NCBI GenBank assembly: GCA_025786725.1
Contig: JAHLTZ010000041.1
Coordinates: forward strand, 116,744-180,743
Length of the DNA: 64,000 nt
Source: Syncephalis fuscata S228
Taxonomy: Eukaryota > Fungi > Zoopagomycota
Direction of reading: 5' to 3'
In this document: positions 29,627-40,248 of the stretch, in pieces
Layout: each line of letters begins with the position of its first letter
How positions within the stretch are numbered: the first letter of the stretch is position 1
The notes under the pieces: model-generated
Database searches by the model: none
The model's input: the letters and a program-made list of their open reading frames with translations, nothing else
What the model was told of the DNA's origin: nothing
Position numbers and translations under genes: made by a program

Positions 29627-30596
29627 TGTTGGTCATTGCTCATGCATATATACTCAATAACTTTAACATTGCTGATCTTGTTCAATATTGCCTATTTATT
29701 ATAATGTTTATTGTTTTATTATATATTGGCTATACGCTGTCTATAGCCGTTGTCTGTTTGGTTCCAGCTCTTTTATTAATAAACATTGACATATTGCACT
29801 TAGTTTGTTCACTGAGTTATATTGATAGAACAAACAATATGAATATGAACGGAGTTATATTTTATTAATATTATTTATAAACAAACTAGATCATGCCCAT
29901 TAGTTATGATTTTAATGTTAATCAAGCAAGGTGACGGGTATATATAGCATGTGTATATTAGTGCAACAACACTAGCACAATAAAATAGAACAATTAACTA
30001 AAGAATATAAGTTGTATTGAAATGTTAAAATGGCAGTAGCTAATACAATTGTTTGTTACAATTAATCAATTTCATCAAACCATTACAATTGATTGCGTAA
30101 AATGATTTACAGCGTTAAGGTAAATGTCAACCATAGCATTAATTATTAAAAATAAATCAAATATAGACATAATCGCAATTCTATGCGGCTTTAGACAGCA
30201 ATCAATAACATACATGGCTGGCATTAATGCAAGTCCATGTAGTTGCGTAAATATCCGTGCCATGCCAATGTTTTCTAGTAGCCAGTATTGTGAAACAGAT
30301 GCTTGTTTCAGTATGAAGATTGCCATGCTTTTTCGTTATTGTTCCACACATGCTTCTGGCCTTTTTCGCAGAATCAGCCCATACTTTTACAAATTCTGAA
30401 AAACAAGGCAAGTCTGACGTGATGTTGCCATTGGATAGAATGTATTCGAGTCTGCCCCACATTTTGTAGCCGTCTGCTCTTTCTTTATACATTTATCGGC
30501 TTGTTCTCCTTCAGCTTACGTTCTTCTTGCCTCTTGTCACCACCATCTTTCTATTCTTTGTACGTCTGTACTTATTTATCCTCAATAAGCCCCATC

Positions 30597-31091
30597 ATGC
30601 TTCGCTTCTATACTTTGTCTTGCACGATAGCAGCAGTAGCTGTACTTGCAGCAATTACGATTATCCACCATCTGCCAACCACCGATGCCACTCTACCGAA
30701 CATACCATTGGAAAACACGGCACTTGTTGCGTCTAGTACCTCTGAAACAGCAGATACCAATCCTTTTGATAAGTGGTCCCTTGGCAAACTAAGCGGCACC
30801 CAGTTGAAGTCAATGAAAACACTCGACAGCGCGCTGGACGTTGTTATTCATCAGCTTAGCGCCACACCTCCCAGTGTCAATGATGCACGCAATGGCATTG
30901 CCACGCTACGCAAGACAAACTGGGCTTTCCATATTCCCAACGGCATTAAAGTAAACACACGCCTAGAGCAAGCGGCCAACTTTCTTGATGCATCTGACCA
31001 AGGATTTACTTATACGTTATCTCAGCTAAATGGCTTGTCACACGACTTTGTTAAGCCTTCCATTAACATGTCGACAAGCTCTCAAGCGTAA
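30597..31091 (+). CDS. Intronless small secreted protein (164 aa), unknown function
   Basis: Signal-like MLRFYTLSCTIAAVAVLAAITII, with a GC-richer coding-like ORF in an AT-rich island. Confidence 0.65.
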   Translation: MLRFYTLSCTIAAVAVLAAITIIHHLPTTDATLPNIPLENTALVASSTSETADTNPFDKWSLGKLSGTQLKSMKTLDSALDVVIHQLSATPPSVNDARNGIATLRKTNWAFHIPNGIKVNTRLEQAANFLDASDQGFTYTLSQLNGLSHDFVKPSINMSTSSQA

Positions 31092-32029
31092 TAGCGTGCA
31101 TCAAATATGCCAATAACTATAACGAAATTGAGCCCACAATTCAATAAACAATTGATTATTCTTTAAATGGCGATGTCTGCTAATAGATGTCAATAAAGTT
31201 ACATACTTTATTATTTCGCCTATTACCAAATATTAGTGTCTTGATTATATTTGACTTATGCTTTGAGTGAACCATACCCGTTTGCTTTATGTTTAAAGAT
31301 AGTAATAATTTAATTATTACTATTCTTTTTAAATTTAAGCCATTTGCATTAGACTTTATTCTTTACAATTCTTGATTGACTAAAAGTCATATTGATTGTA
31401 ATAAAACAAGCAGTTTTTAGCAAGTCATTGCCAAGCAATTCATTTTTACGCCAGAACTGCCACTGGTTAGTATCGTAAATTGTTGCTGGATGCTCAATGC
31501 TAATTATATTTGAACGAGGCCGCTTGATGGGTGCAGCCAGTGCCGCTACATTACCGTATAATCAAACAATCGATGATATCAATATTTAAGCTCAATCCTC
31601 TGTTATCAGAAATACTGTTACGCAACAGTCGATAATTATGCTCAAAATTGATTGCTAGTAATAAAACCTGTATCAGCATGTGGTAGCACAATACTAAAAA
31701 CGCGCTGTTTATTCTATATCCAAGCTGCAATGCCAAATACAATATGAATGTGAACCAATTAGTATCTTTTTATGGTTTAGAGAACTGCAGCTAGTTTAAG
31801 CACGAGAGTAAATGTCTGCAATGAAGTACAGGTTCAATGCATTAAAACTAATGCTGCACTGATATCATGCGCTGCTTGATGGAGAAAGATAGAGAAAATA
31901 AAATCTCTTGTCTAAATTAACCAACAACCAACTTCATTTTGTACAAGGTGTTGTTGGAATTACTCAACAGCAACATAATATTTATGAGTTATCCGCTGTT
32001 TGAGGTGCATGAAAATATTGGATATTGAG

Positions 32030-32590
32030 TGTCGATGAAAGCAACAGCAGGCATAGTGATGCATTGTTGCTGTTTTTGCAGAACCAATAAATTCAGTTTG
32101 CACTGCATAGTTGAATTGAGCAACGACGTAATAAAGACTATTGCGTGTATTTTTATCACACAGGTGTTGGAAGACTGCGATTGCCGCGTCATCTGTGTGA
32201 ATTTACAGCAGATTGAATAAAAATAGGACAATGCATCATCACTGCCTTTGTAGAGTTGATTAATCCAGTTTACACTGCATAATTGAATTGTGCAACAGCA
32301 CAATGAAGACTAGCGCGTGTGCTTCTATCACATGGATATAAAATCATCAATATTGTCATTGCATCTGCGTAGATTTTGAACAGGCTGAAATAGAAACATA
32401 ATGATATCGTCACTGTTTTTGTAGAACCAATAGATCCAGTTCGCACTGCATAGTTGGGGTATATAGTAGCATAGCAGACATTGATAGATGCATTTCTACT
32501 ACATTTATACTAGATGGCTAATATTGCCACATTGTTTGTGTAACTGTCGAGCAAATTGAAGCAAAAGCTGGGCAGTACATTATCACACCA
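32030..32590. repeat. Degenerate tandem repeat, about 171-bp unit, about 3.3 copies
   Basis: CACTGCATA recurs at 32101, 32273 and 32443 with homologous flanks. Confidence 0.7.
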
Positions 32591-32858
32591 TTGATATGTT
32601 GGTATACGTATGCATCAAGCCACCATGTGGATGTGTTGCTATTGGTTCACATTGCACTTCAATGGTATTGTCCATACAACATAGCATGTTGGCATCACAG
32701 CATAAGCATAGACTTAAATAGCCCGCAAAATACACACAAATAATTAATGATATCATTATCACACTCTACTTTCTGCCAAATACTCGCCACCATCTACTTT
32801 ATCCCAGTTACAATTTATTGTCTATTCTACTTGTTTGTCTTAACAAATCAATATCACC

Positions 32859-35800
32859 ATGAAGCTTTCTATTGCCGTCGTCTGCACCATCCTCGTGGCT
32901 TTTGTGGTCAATACAGCCATGGTGGATGCTAAGCCAAATCAAATGCGTCGTGGTATGTTGCAGCTACAACAAATATTTAATAATTTTATGTTTACTGACG
33001 TTGCGTTTGATTTTTAATGATATTAGCCGGTAGGTCGTGATCATGAATCATTGTCCCAATGCTTATTGAATGCTGCTATACATATGATAAACACATTTAT
33101 ACAATCGGTAAGTGTTGATTACACATGTCTGTAATGTGCTATTAACTTTTATTTTTGACACATAATAGGTCAACTAGTATTGGCTAAGAGTAGGTTTAGC
33201 GTAAAACAAAATAAAGCACTACAATGATGATGCTAATATTCTGTATTTACATTAATAGGATGTAAACTAAGTGAAATTAATAAGCCACTCATTTAATTAA
33301 CATTGTTTTATTACCAATCTAACTTTAACAGCCAGTAAGTGCCATTGCATATTAGTTGGTTGTATAATAATTACATGTTGTGCGCTGTGTGTGTCTAATA
33401 ACTTTTATCAACAGCCCGTAAGTGCCATTGTATATTAGTTGTTTATGTACTAATTACATGTTGTGCGCTGTATGTGTTTAATAACTTGCACCGATAGTCT
33501 GTAAGTGGCATTATATATTAGTTGGCTATATAATAATTACATGTTGTGCGCTGTGTGTGTTTAATAACTTTTATCAACAGCCCGTAAGTGCCATTGTATA
33601 TTATTTTTATTTTTATTTTGAAGAGCTTGTGAGCCCCCGCTGCGCATAATTAAAGAATTTGCGCTGCTTCCCACTATATTTGGACTTTTTCCAAACTTTT
33701 AACGGGTGGACTGCCACGTTTTTGCGCAAAATCTGGTCCATATAGATTTTACACGGGGGCCATCTTCCTTTAAATGGTGCTACACAGCACTATTCTCTTG
33801 AAGTTGGTCCCAATTGGGTTTTCCTCGGCTATTCTGGCCAAGGTCTTGTTTCCGGACCTACTTATTGGGTTCTGGTTTGCAATTTGTTAACTAGAGAAAA
33901 CTGGAGGGGGGGATTTTCCACTTAAGGATTGATTCAAACTGAGGTTTGAACCCGGAGCCTTCAGCTCGGGAGACGCTGCCTTACCAACTGGGCTAGCAAC
34001 GTCCCCCGTGCCATTGTATATTAGTTGTTTATGTACTAATTACATGTTGTGCGCCGTGTGTGTTTAATAACTTGCATTGATAGAAGGTAAGTGTAATTGT
34101 ATATTAATTAGCTATATACTAATTACATGTTATGCGCTGTGTGTGTCTAATAACTTTTATCAACAGCCAGTAAGTGGCATTGTATATTAGTTGTTTATAT
34201 ATTAATTACATGTTGTGCGCTATGTGTATCTAATAACTTGCATTGATAGCCTGTAAGTGCCATCGTATATTAGTTGGCTATATACTAATTACATGTTGTG
34301 CGCTGTGTGTGTCTAATAACTTTTATCAACAGCCAGTAAGTGTAATTGTATATTAATTAGCTATATACTAATTATATGTTGTGCGCTGTATGTGTTTGAT
34401 AACTTGTATCGATAGACTGTAAGTGCCATTGTCTGTTAGTTGGCTATATACTAATTATATGTTATGCGCTGTGTGTGTCTAATAACTTTTATCAACAGCT
34501 GGTAAGTGTAATTGTATATTAATTAGCTATATACTAATTACATGTTATGCGCTGTGTGTGTCTAATAACTTTTATCAACAGCTAGTAAGTGCTATTGTAT
34601 ATTAATTAGCTATATACTAATTACATGTTATACGCTGTGTATGTCTAATAACTTTTATTAACAGCCGGTAAGTGTCATTGTACATTAGCTAGCTATATAC
34701 TAATTGCATGAGATACTCTGTGTGTGCATATGTCTAATAACTTATATTGGTAGCTAGTAAGTGACAAAGTATATTAATTGATTATATACTAATTGCATGA
34801 TATACTTGGTGTGTGTGTCTAATAACTTGTATTGATAGATCGTAAGTGACAAAGTATATTAATTGACTATACTAATTGCATGATATACTTTGTGTGTGTG
34901 TCTAATAACTTGTATTGATAGATCGTAAGTGACAAAGTATATTAATTAGCTATATACTAATTGCATGATATACTCGGTGTGTGTGTCTAATAACTTGTAT
35001 TGATAGTCGGTAACTGACGTTACATCATAATTGACTATATACTAATTACATGCTATGCACTGTATGTGTCTAATAACTTGTATTGGTAGCTAGTAAGTGA
35101 CAAAGTATATCAGTTGGCTATATACTAATCACATGCTATGTGCTGTATGTGTTTAATAATTTGTATTGGTAGATCGTAAGTGACGAAGTATATTAATTGA
35201 CTATACTAATTACATTATATACTCGGTGTGTGTGTCTAATAACTCTTATCAACAGCCGGTAAGTGTTATTGTATATTAGTTGGCCATATACTAATTACAT
35301 GCTATGCACTGTATATGTCTAATAACTTGCATTAATAGCCGGTAAGTGCCATTGTATATTAATTTGCTATATACTAATTGGATGATATATTCTGTATGTG
35401 TGTGTTTAATAGCCTGTAAGTACCATTGTATATTAATTGACTATATACTAATTACATGCTATGCACTGTATGTATCTAATAACTTGTATTGGTAGCTCGT
35501 AAGTGACAAAGTGTATTAATCGACTATATACTAATTACATTATATACTCTGTGTGTGTGTCTAATAACTTGGATTGGTAGATTGTAAGTGACAAAGTATA
35601 TTAATTGACTATACTAATTGCATGATATACTCTGTGTGTGTGTCTAATAACTCGTATTGATAGTCGGTAACTGACGTTACATCATAATTGACTATATACT
35701 AATTACATGCTATGCACTGTATGTGTCTAATAACTTGTATTGGTAGCTAGTAAGTGACAAAGTATATTAATTGACTATATACTAATTACATGATATACTC

Positions 35801-35984
35801 GGTGTGTGTTTAATAACTTTTATTGATAGATGGTAAGCGGCATTATAGACTATTTAACTATACGCTAATTAAATAATATGGATATTTAATAACTTGTATT
35901 AATAGATAGTAAGTGACGCTCTATGTTAGCTATCTATGCACTAATTATATGTCATTTAACATACTATCAATGAAATTAGACTAA
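32859..35984 (+). CDS. Micro-exon gene encoding a secreted pre-pro-peptide (68-69 aa, about 32 introns, 28 consecutive 3-nt exons)
   Basis: Exon 1 is 32859-32952 (MKLSIAVVCTILVAFVVNTAMVDAKPNQMRR plus one G nucleotide). Then CCG 33027-29, (TCG 33105-07), a 21-nt exon 33169-89, 28 x 3-nt exons between 33259 and 35908, and a last exon AC-TAA at 35980-84. The 5' flank, signal peptide, stop codon and 3' flank are homologous to the gene at 63635-63844. Confidence 0.8.
33335..35979 (+). repeat. Tandem array of 27 units of about 83 bp, each unit an intron of about 80 nt plus a 3-nt exon
   Basis: Each unit reads GTAAGT...(C/T)TAATAAC...CAG/TAG-NNN. Confidence 0.95.
33604..34007 (-). mobile_element. 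tRNA-derived SINE (404 bp) with 16-bp target-site duplication
   Basis: TSD GTGCCATTGTATATTA at 33588-33603 and 34008-34023. On the minus strand: A-box TAGCCCAGTTGG (33995-33984), B-box GGTTCAAACC (33952-33943), A-rich tail CAAAATAAAAATAAAAA. The host intron is 500 nt = 80+404+16. Confidence 0.9.
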
Positions 35985-37093
35985 TCAATGCTTCAAAGAC
36001 ATTAGCATTGGTAGCATTACTAGAATGGTAGTTCAATACACTTTAGGTATATATTCGGCAAAAAACAAGTCCATTTGTCAGCTGCTGTCCAGTCCATTTG
36101 TATATCAAGCTTTGGCCAATGCTTTGGTTTATTCATCTTCTATTCTATGGAATCATAATATTATAAAAAACTTTGCAATGAGCTGCGTCCATTTAGCTAT
36201 GCAAACTTTTAGTAATAAATACATGATTTTATTTTATCAATATCTTGTCAATTTTCTATTGTTATGACCATGTCTAGTTTACATTCTCCACTTGAAAAAC
36301 ACTAATCAATTAAATATATTAAAAAATTACAGATACTCTGCGCTATGTACAAGCATATGGTGACATAACTATAGTAACATTGCCATACAAATAACAGCTA
36401 TGAACGTAAATATTGCCAAAATGAAATGAGATAAATAAAAAATCAAATATCATTAGAATGGATAGTGTGATAGTAATCAACACTTACCGATCGATATACT
36501 GCTGTGTTTTGCTGTTGTCATTATTGCTAAAAACATATTTAATATAAACGTATGTATTCAAATTGACATCATTTCATTTTAATTTGCTATACATATGAAA
36601 AGCAATATTACTGGATCAGCTAATCATTTAAAAAAACACTCAAAACTGCTGAACAACAAGAGTTTTTTGGTAATTGTAGACATTGAAGAGTAGAAATAGT
36701 TGTGAATTAACAGTTGGTCCCACAATTAATAATTATAACTATTGTTGTTTCACTCGTCACTCCGTTTTGGAAAGCCGTCTTTACCTATATGTACTTTACT
36801 CACCTTTATTACCGATAAATTCGAGGCGATTTAACTATCGCACACTAGACGAGTTATCGGCTTGTCACGGTGAATAGAAAAATATGGGCCACGAATTGAT
36901 TAGACGATACTTTCTAACTACATCGTCCTTTCTTACTAATGTCCCGACATATTTTAGTGATTACTAGTGTGTATTTATATATACCAAAACAAATTAATAA
37001 ATACTGAATATCAATAAGCTATACTATCATGCCTTTTATATCGTTTTGCATCTTCGTAGCTGGATTTTATTTTTAAAATAAGCAATAGAAATT

Positions 37094-37985
37094 CTATGGC
37101 ACCACAATCTCGCCTTCAACCTGTCCTGGTTTTAGGCTTAAACTATCGAGACAACGATGATACCGTTCGAGACTTTCTCTTTTTAAATAGCGTAGCATCT
37201 TGGCCCGCTTATGAATTAGCATGCGATAGGTGCGTCGATTGTGCACGTCCTTGCGATGGCCTTCCATATGGCGTTCCAAGTTGCGTATACGCACCGTCCA
37301 CACAGCAGCTATCATTATCATAATTAGCTGTGATTTGCTATTATTACTACAAGTACTCTACTTACCTTGAACTTCAGGACTACCTGTGTCTGCTTGTTTG
37401 CGAGAAAATGTATCAACAGCATTGCGGGTATTCCATTTTACCAATTCCTTTGCACTGGCCGTGTTGATGCCAATAATTCGTCGTATCTGTTCTGCTTGCT
37501 GGTTTGCCAGACTTTTATCTTTAGCCCAGGTAGTTGACGAGTCGGATATGGTTGCTGCCAAGTCTTCTGTGACTAAGCGGTATTCATCCGGTGTAATTTG
37601 ATGCTGAATTAAAATAGGTGTAGAGGTGCTAGTCGTTGAATCTGTCGGCTTAACTGCACTGCTCGTTACGGATTGACGCGTCATATTAGGCGTTAGAAGC
37701 GAAGCAATAAACGGCGAGACTACAGTAGCGTTGGAATCTTTTATTGCAGCTTGTGATTGAGCTAGCTTTTTGCTGGCTGTTTGGCGACTAGCAAACCGAA
37801 TCTGCTGCCGGAGGCATTGGCTAAGTGCGCCTAATAATGCGATTCATAAGCATTGATTCAATAAAACGTATTCGTATGTCGATTAGCGTCAAGTAGTCAT
37901 ACGCTTACTCTATGATCTACAACTAACACGATAACTTACCCGATACCTGTTGGCAAAGACCGAAAGCTAATGGGCGCGTCGACAT
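37094..37985 (-). CDS. Mitochondrial ribosomal protein uS15m
   Basis: FSRKQADTGSPEVQ/AAVWTVRIRNLERHMEGHRKDVHNRRTYRMLIHKRAKMLRYLKR, with a presequence-like N-terminus. Confidence 0.9.
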
Positions 37986-38158
37986 GGCTCAAAAGTAATA
38001 AAGGGAAAATGGCGCAAATATCAAAAATGATTTCTATCATTACTGTCATCATCAATTTTATAGATTTTAATTCATTATTGTTAATTAGCCATAAAAAGTG
38101 ATACAATATATAATATAATTTATAAGTGTATTTTATTAATGTATTTAACAAAATACGT

Positions 38159-40248
38159 TTAATCTTCATCGTCCCAATCATCATCTTCCTCTTCTTCATC
38201 GTCTATTTAATCAAGTTAGATATCTAATTAGTCATCTAGTTATCCAATTACTTACCTGTATTTGTACTAAGTACTTTCCGGTGGGCAAGTAACGCACTGG
38301 CCAAAGAAGCGGCCAAATCACCGCCATTATCAGCACCTACCTCTGGACTAGACGGTCCATTGGATGCTCCACCAGCACCATTCGTTACAACACCAAGTGG
38401 CGTTGATTCGCGTGTAGTAACCGACTTCAACTTAGCCTTACTCGATGCTCGAATACTGTCGAGTAGTGCGTTACGTGAATCAGTTGGAGCAGCCACACTA
38501 GATGGCAATTTAGGAGCAGCTCCAGTATTTGGAAGTGGTGGCGGAGGAGGAATTGAAGCACTGCCTGTACCTGGTAGAGGTGGTGGAGGAGGTATAGGCG
38601 ATGACATGGACGGCAAGGGTGGTGGCGGAGGAATTGAAGCACTGCCTGTACCTGGTAGAGGTGGTGGAGGAGGTATAGGCGATGACATGGACGGCAAGGG
38701 TGGTGGCGGAGGAATTGAAGTATTGCTTGTACCTGGTAGAGGTGGTGGAGGAGGTATAGGCGATGACATGGACGGTAGAGGTGGTGGAGGAGGAATAGGA
38801 GAGGCTGCTACAGCTGCTGGTCTAAAATCTGTCGTTACTGGTGGCGGTAAAGGCGAAACAGGTGCTGGTGAAGTCTTTCTTGCTGGTGGTGGTGGCGGTG
38901 GTGGCATCTTACTTTTACGTGAAGGTGGTGGGGGTGGTGGCTTTCTTCGATCTATAGTCAGATATCAATATCAATATCAAGTATTAAATATTAAATATGA
39001 CGTTAAGTTACTCGATTCTATTTGTTTCAACTTACCTGTTGATCCAGTATTTGATTTGGCTGGTGCACCTGATTGTGGTCCACCAAGAGCAGTAACATAA
39101 TTGTATACAAATTGTGCAGTATCTTTATCTTTTAAAGCATCCTATAAATATAGTAGTTATAATAATGATCATTATGCAACAACTAATCCATAGCAATTAC
39201 CTCAGTAATACCATATTTGCCTAAATCTTGGATTAATGCCTTCCATGCTGGATCCACATTGGTCATCTAATTGCTATTGTTATACCGACTATTCCATTAA
39301 ATATACTTTAATCAATAACCTACATCAAATCCTCTATCCGGATCCCAACCGATATGGCTTAAATGTCTATAATAATATTGATTAGGTTAATGCAGTTGCT
39401 AATATATGACACTATCTATTATACCTAAAGTCAGTTGGTAGACTAATCTGTGATTTATCAATCTTTGATCGCTGCTTTTTATTTCGTGAACCGAATAAGA
39501 AGCCGCCACCGCTACGGCCACTATCTTGACCGCCATGTTTACGCGATACTTAACAAATGCAAAATATTATTATAATTAATCAATATATATATATATTATG
39601 TCAGTTTAGCTTACTCTTGGCAGATTCACGACCAATTACTTTTTTGTAAAACACGCCCGCTTCATGTTCATCCGCAAATGCAAATCCCGCTAATGCAGTC
39701 TATGGTTATATACAAATACAAATACATACATACATGCATATATATATATAAATATATAAATATTAAGCTTATAAATGTTATTCTCTATACTTACATCAGT
39801 TTCAAACGTATGAAAGAATGGCTTATCTTGATGATAATAAAAGTCTTTATACAATTCTTGCTCCCATAAGACACCTTGTCCATTCTACGGACAAGTAAAA
39901 TGTTAATAATGGTTACTTATACCTAGAACATGGCTTCAACTGAATATAGCCACAGCATATAGAATACTTACCAGCAAGTCGACTATTCGAAAGAAAAAGG
40001 CTCCATTGCGACTTTGGTCCTTTAGAAGCACTACAGCGCCCATCAGTCCACTGTAGGTCCATGTCTCTGGGCCAGGATAAGCAACGTAGAGACGAGCTAC
40101 TGTAGCCGTAAGTATTTTCTATTAACAAAGTGAATATAAGTGTTGGCATGTTTGCCAATAAATGAATAAAGCCTACATTAACTTTACTGGGCAGCGCTTT
40201 TTTGATTGCTGCCTTGTCTTCCGCATTGGGAAGCGTAGCGGATGGCAT
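38159..40248 (-). CDS. WASP-family Arp2/3 activator (WH1-CRIB-polyPro-WH2-acidic)
   Basis: WH1 [22 protein letters not shown]; [20 protein letters not shown]; poly-Pro; WH2 [20 protein letters not shown]; tail [14 protein letters not shown]. Confidence 0.92.
38535..38795 (-). repeat. Coding tandem repeat, 81 bp (27 aa) x about 3, in the WASP proline-rich region
   Basis: AATTGAAG recurs at 38551, 38632 and 38713. The unit is [27 protein letters not shown]. Confidence 0.9.

Noticed and set aside
30075-30492. Overlapping short ORFs upstream of the 30597 gene
   Set aside because: There is no recognisable motif, signal peptide or consistent splice structure.
33034-33107. Conventional exon 2 of the peptide gene (GRDHESLSQCLL..., becoming CLLECC with a +1 correction)
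   Set aside because: At 74 nt it breaks the frame and stops at 33175-77 unless an error is assumed. The segment fits a 75-nt intron between two 3-nt exons. It is not fully excluded without cDNA.
33935-34007. Functional tRNA gene
   Set aside because: A and B boxes are present, but no acceptor stem pairs with the 5' end. It is the head of a TSD-flanked 404-bp element.
33335-35979. CRISPR array or plain non-coding/centromeric satellite
   Set aside because: The context is eukaryotic, there are no cas genes, and the 'spacers' are only 3 nt. Invariant splice signals, an open spliced frame and a paralogue-matched stop and 3' flank are not explained by a neutral satellite.
36025-36267. ORF resembling ORF 63326-63568 (FVYQALANA versus FIYQVLANA)
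   Set aside because: The similarity comes from the homologous 3' flanks of the two peptide genes. Starts and the remaining sequence are not conserved.
38360-39100. 246-aa Gly-rich ORF on the + strand
   Set aside because: It is the antisense shadow of the WASP poly-proline exon.
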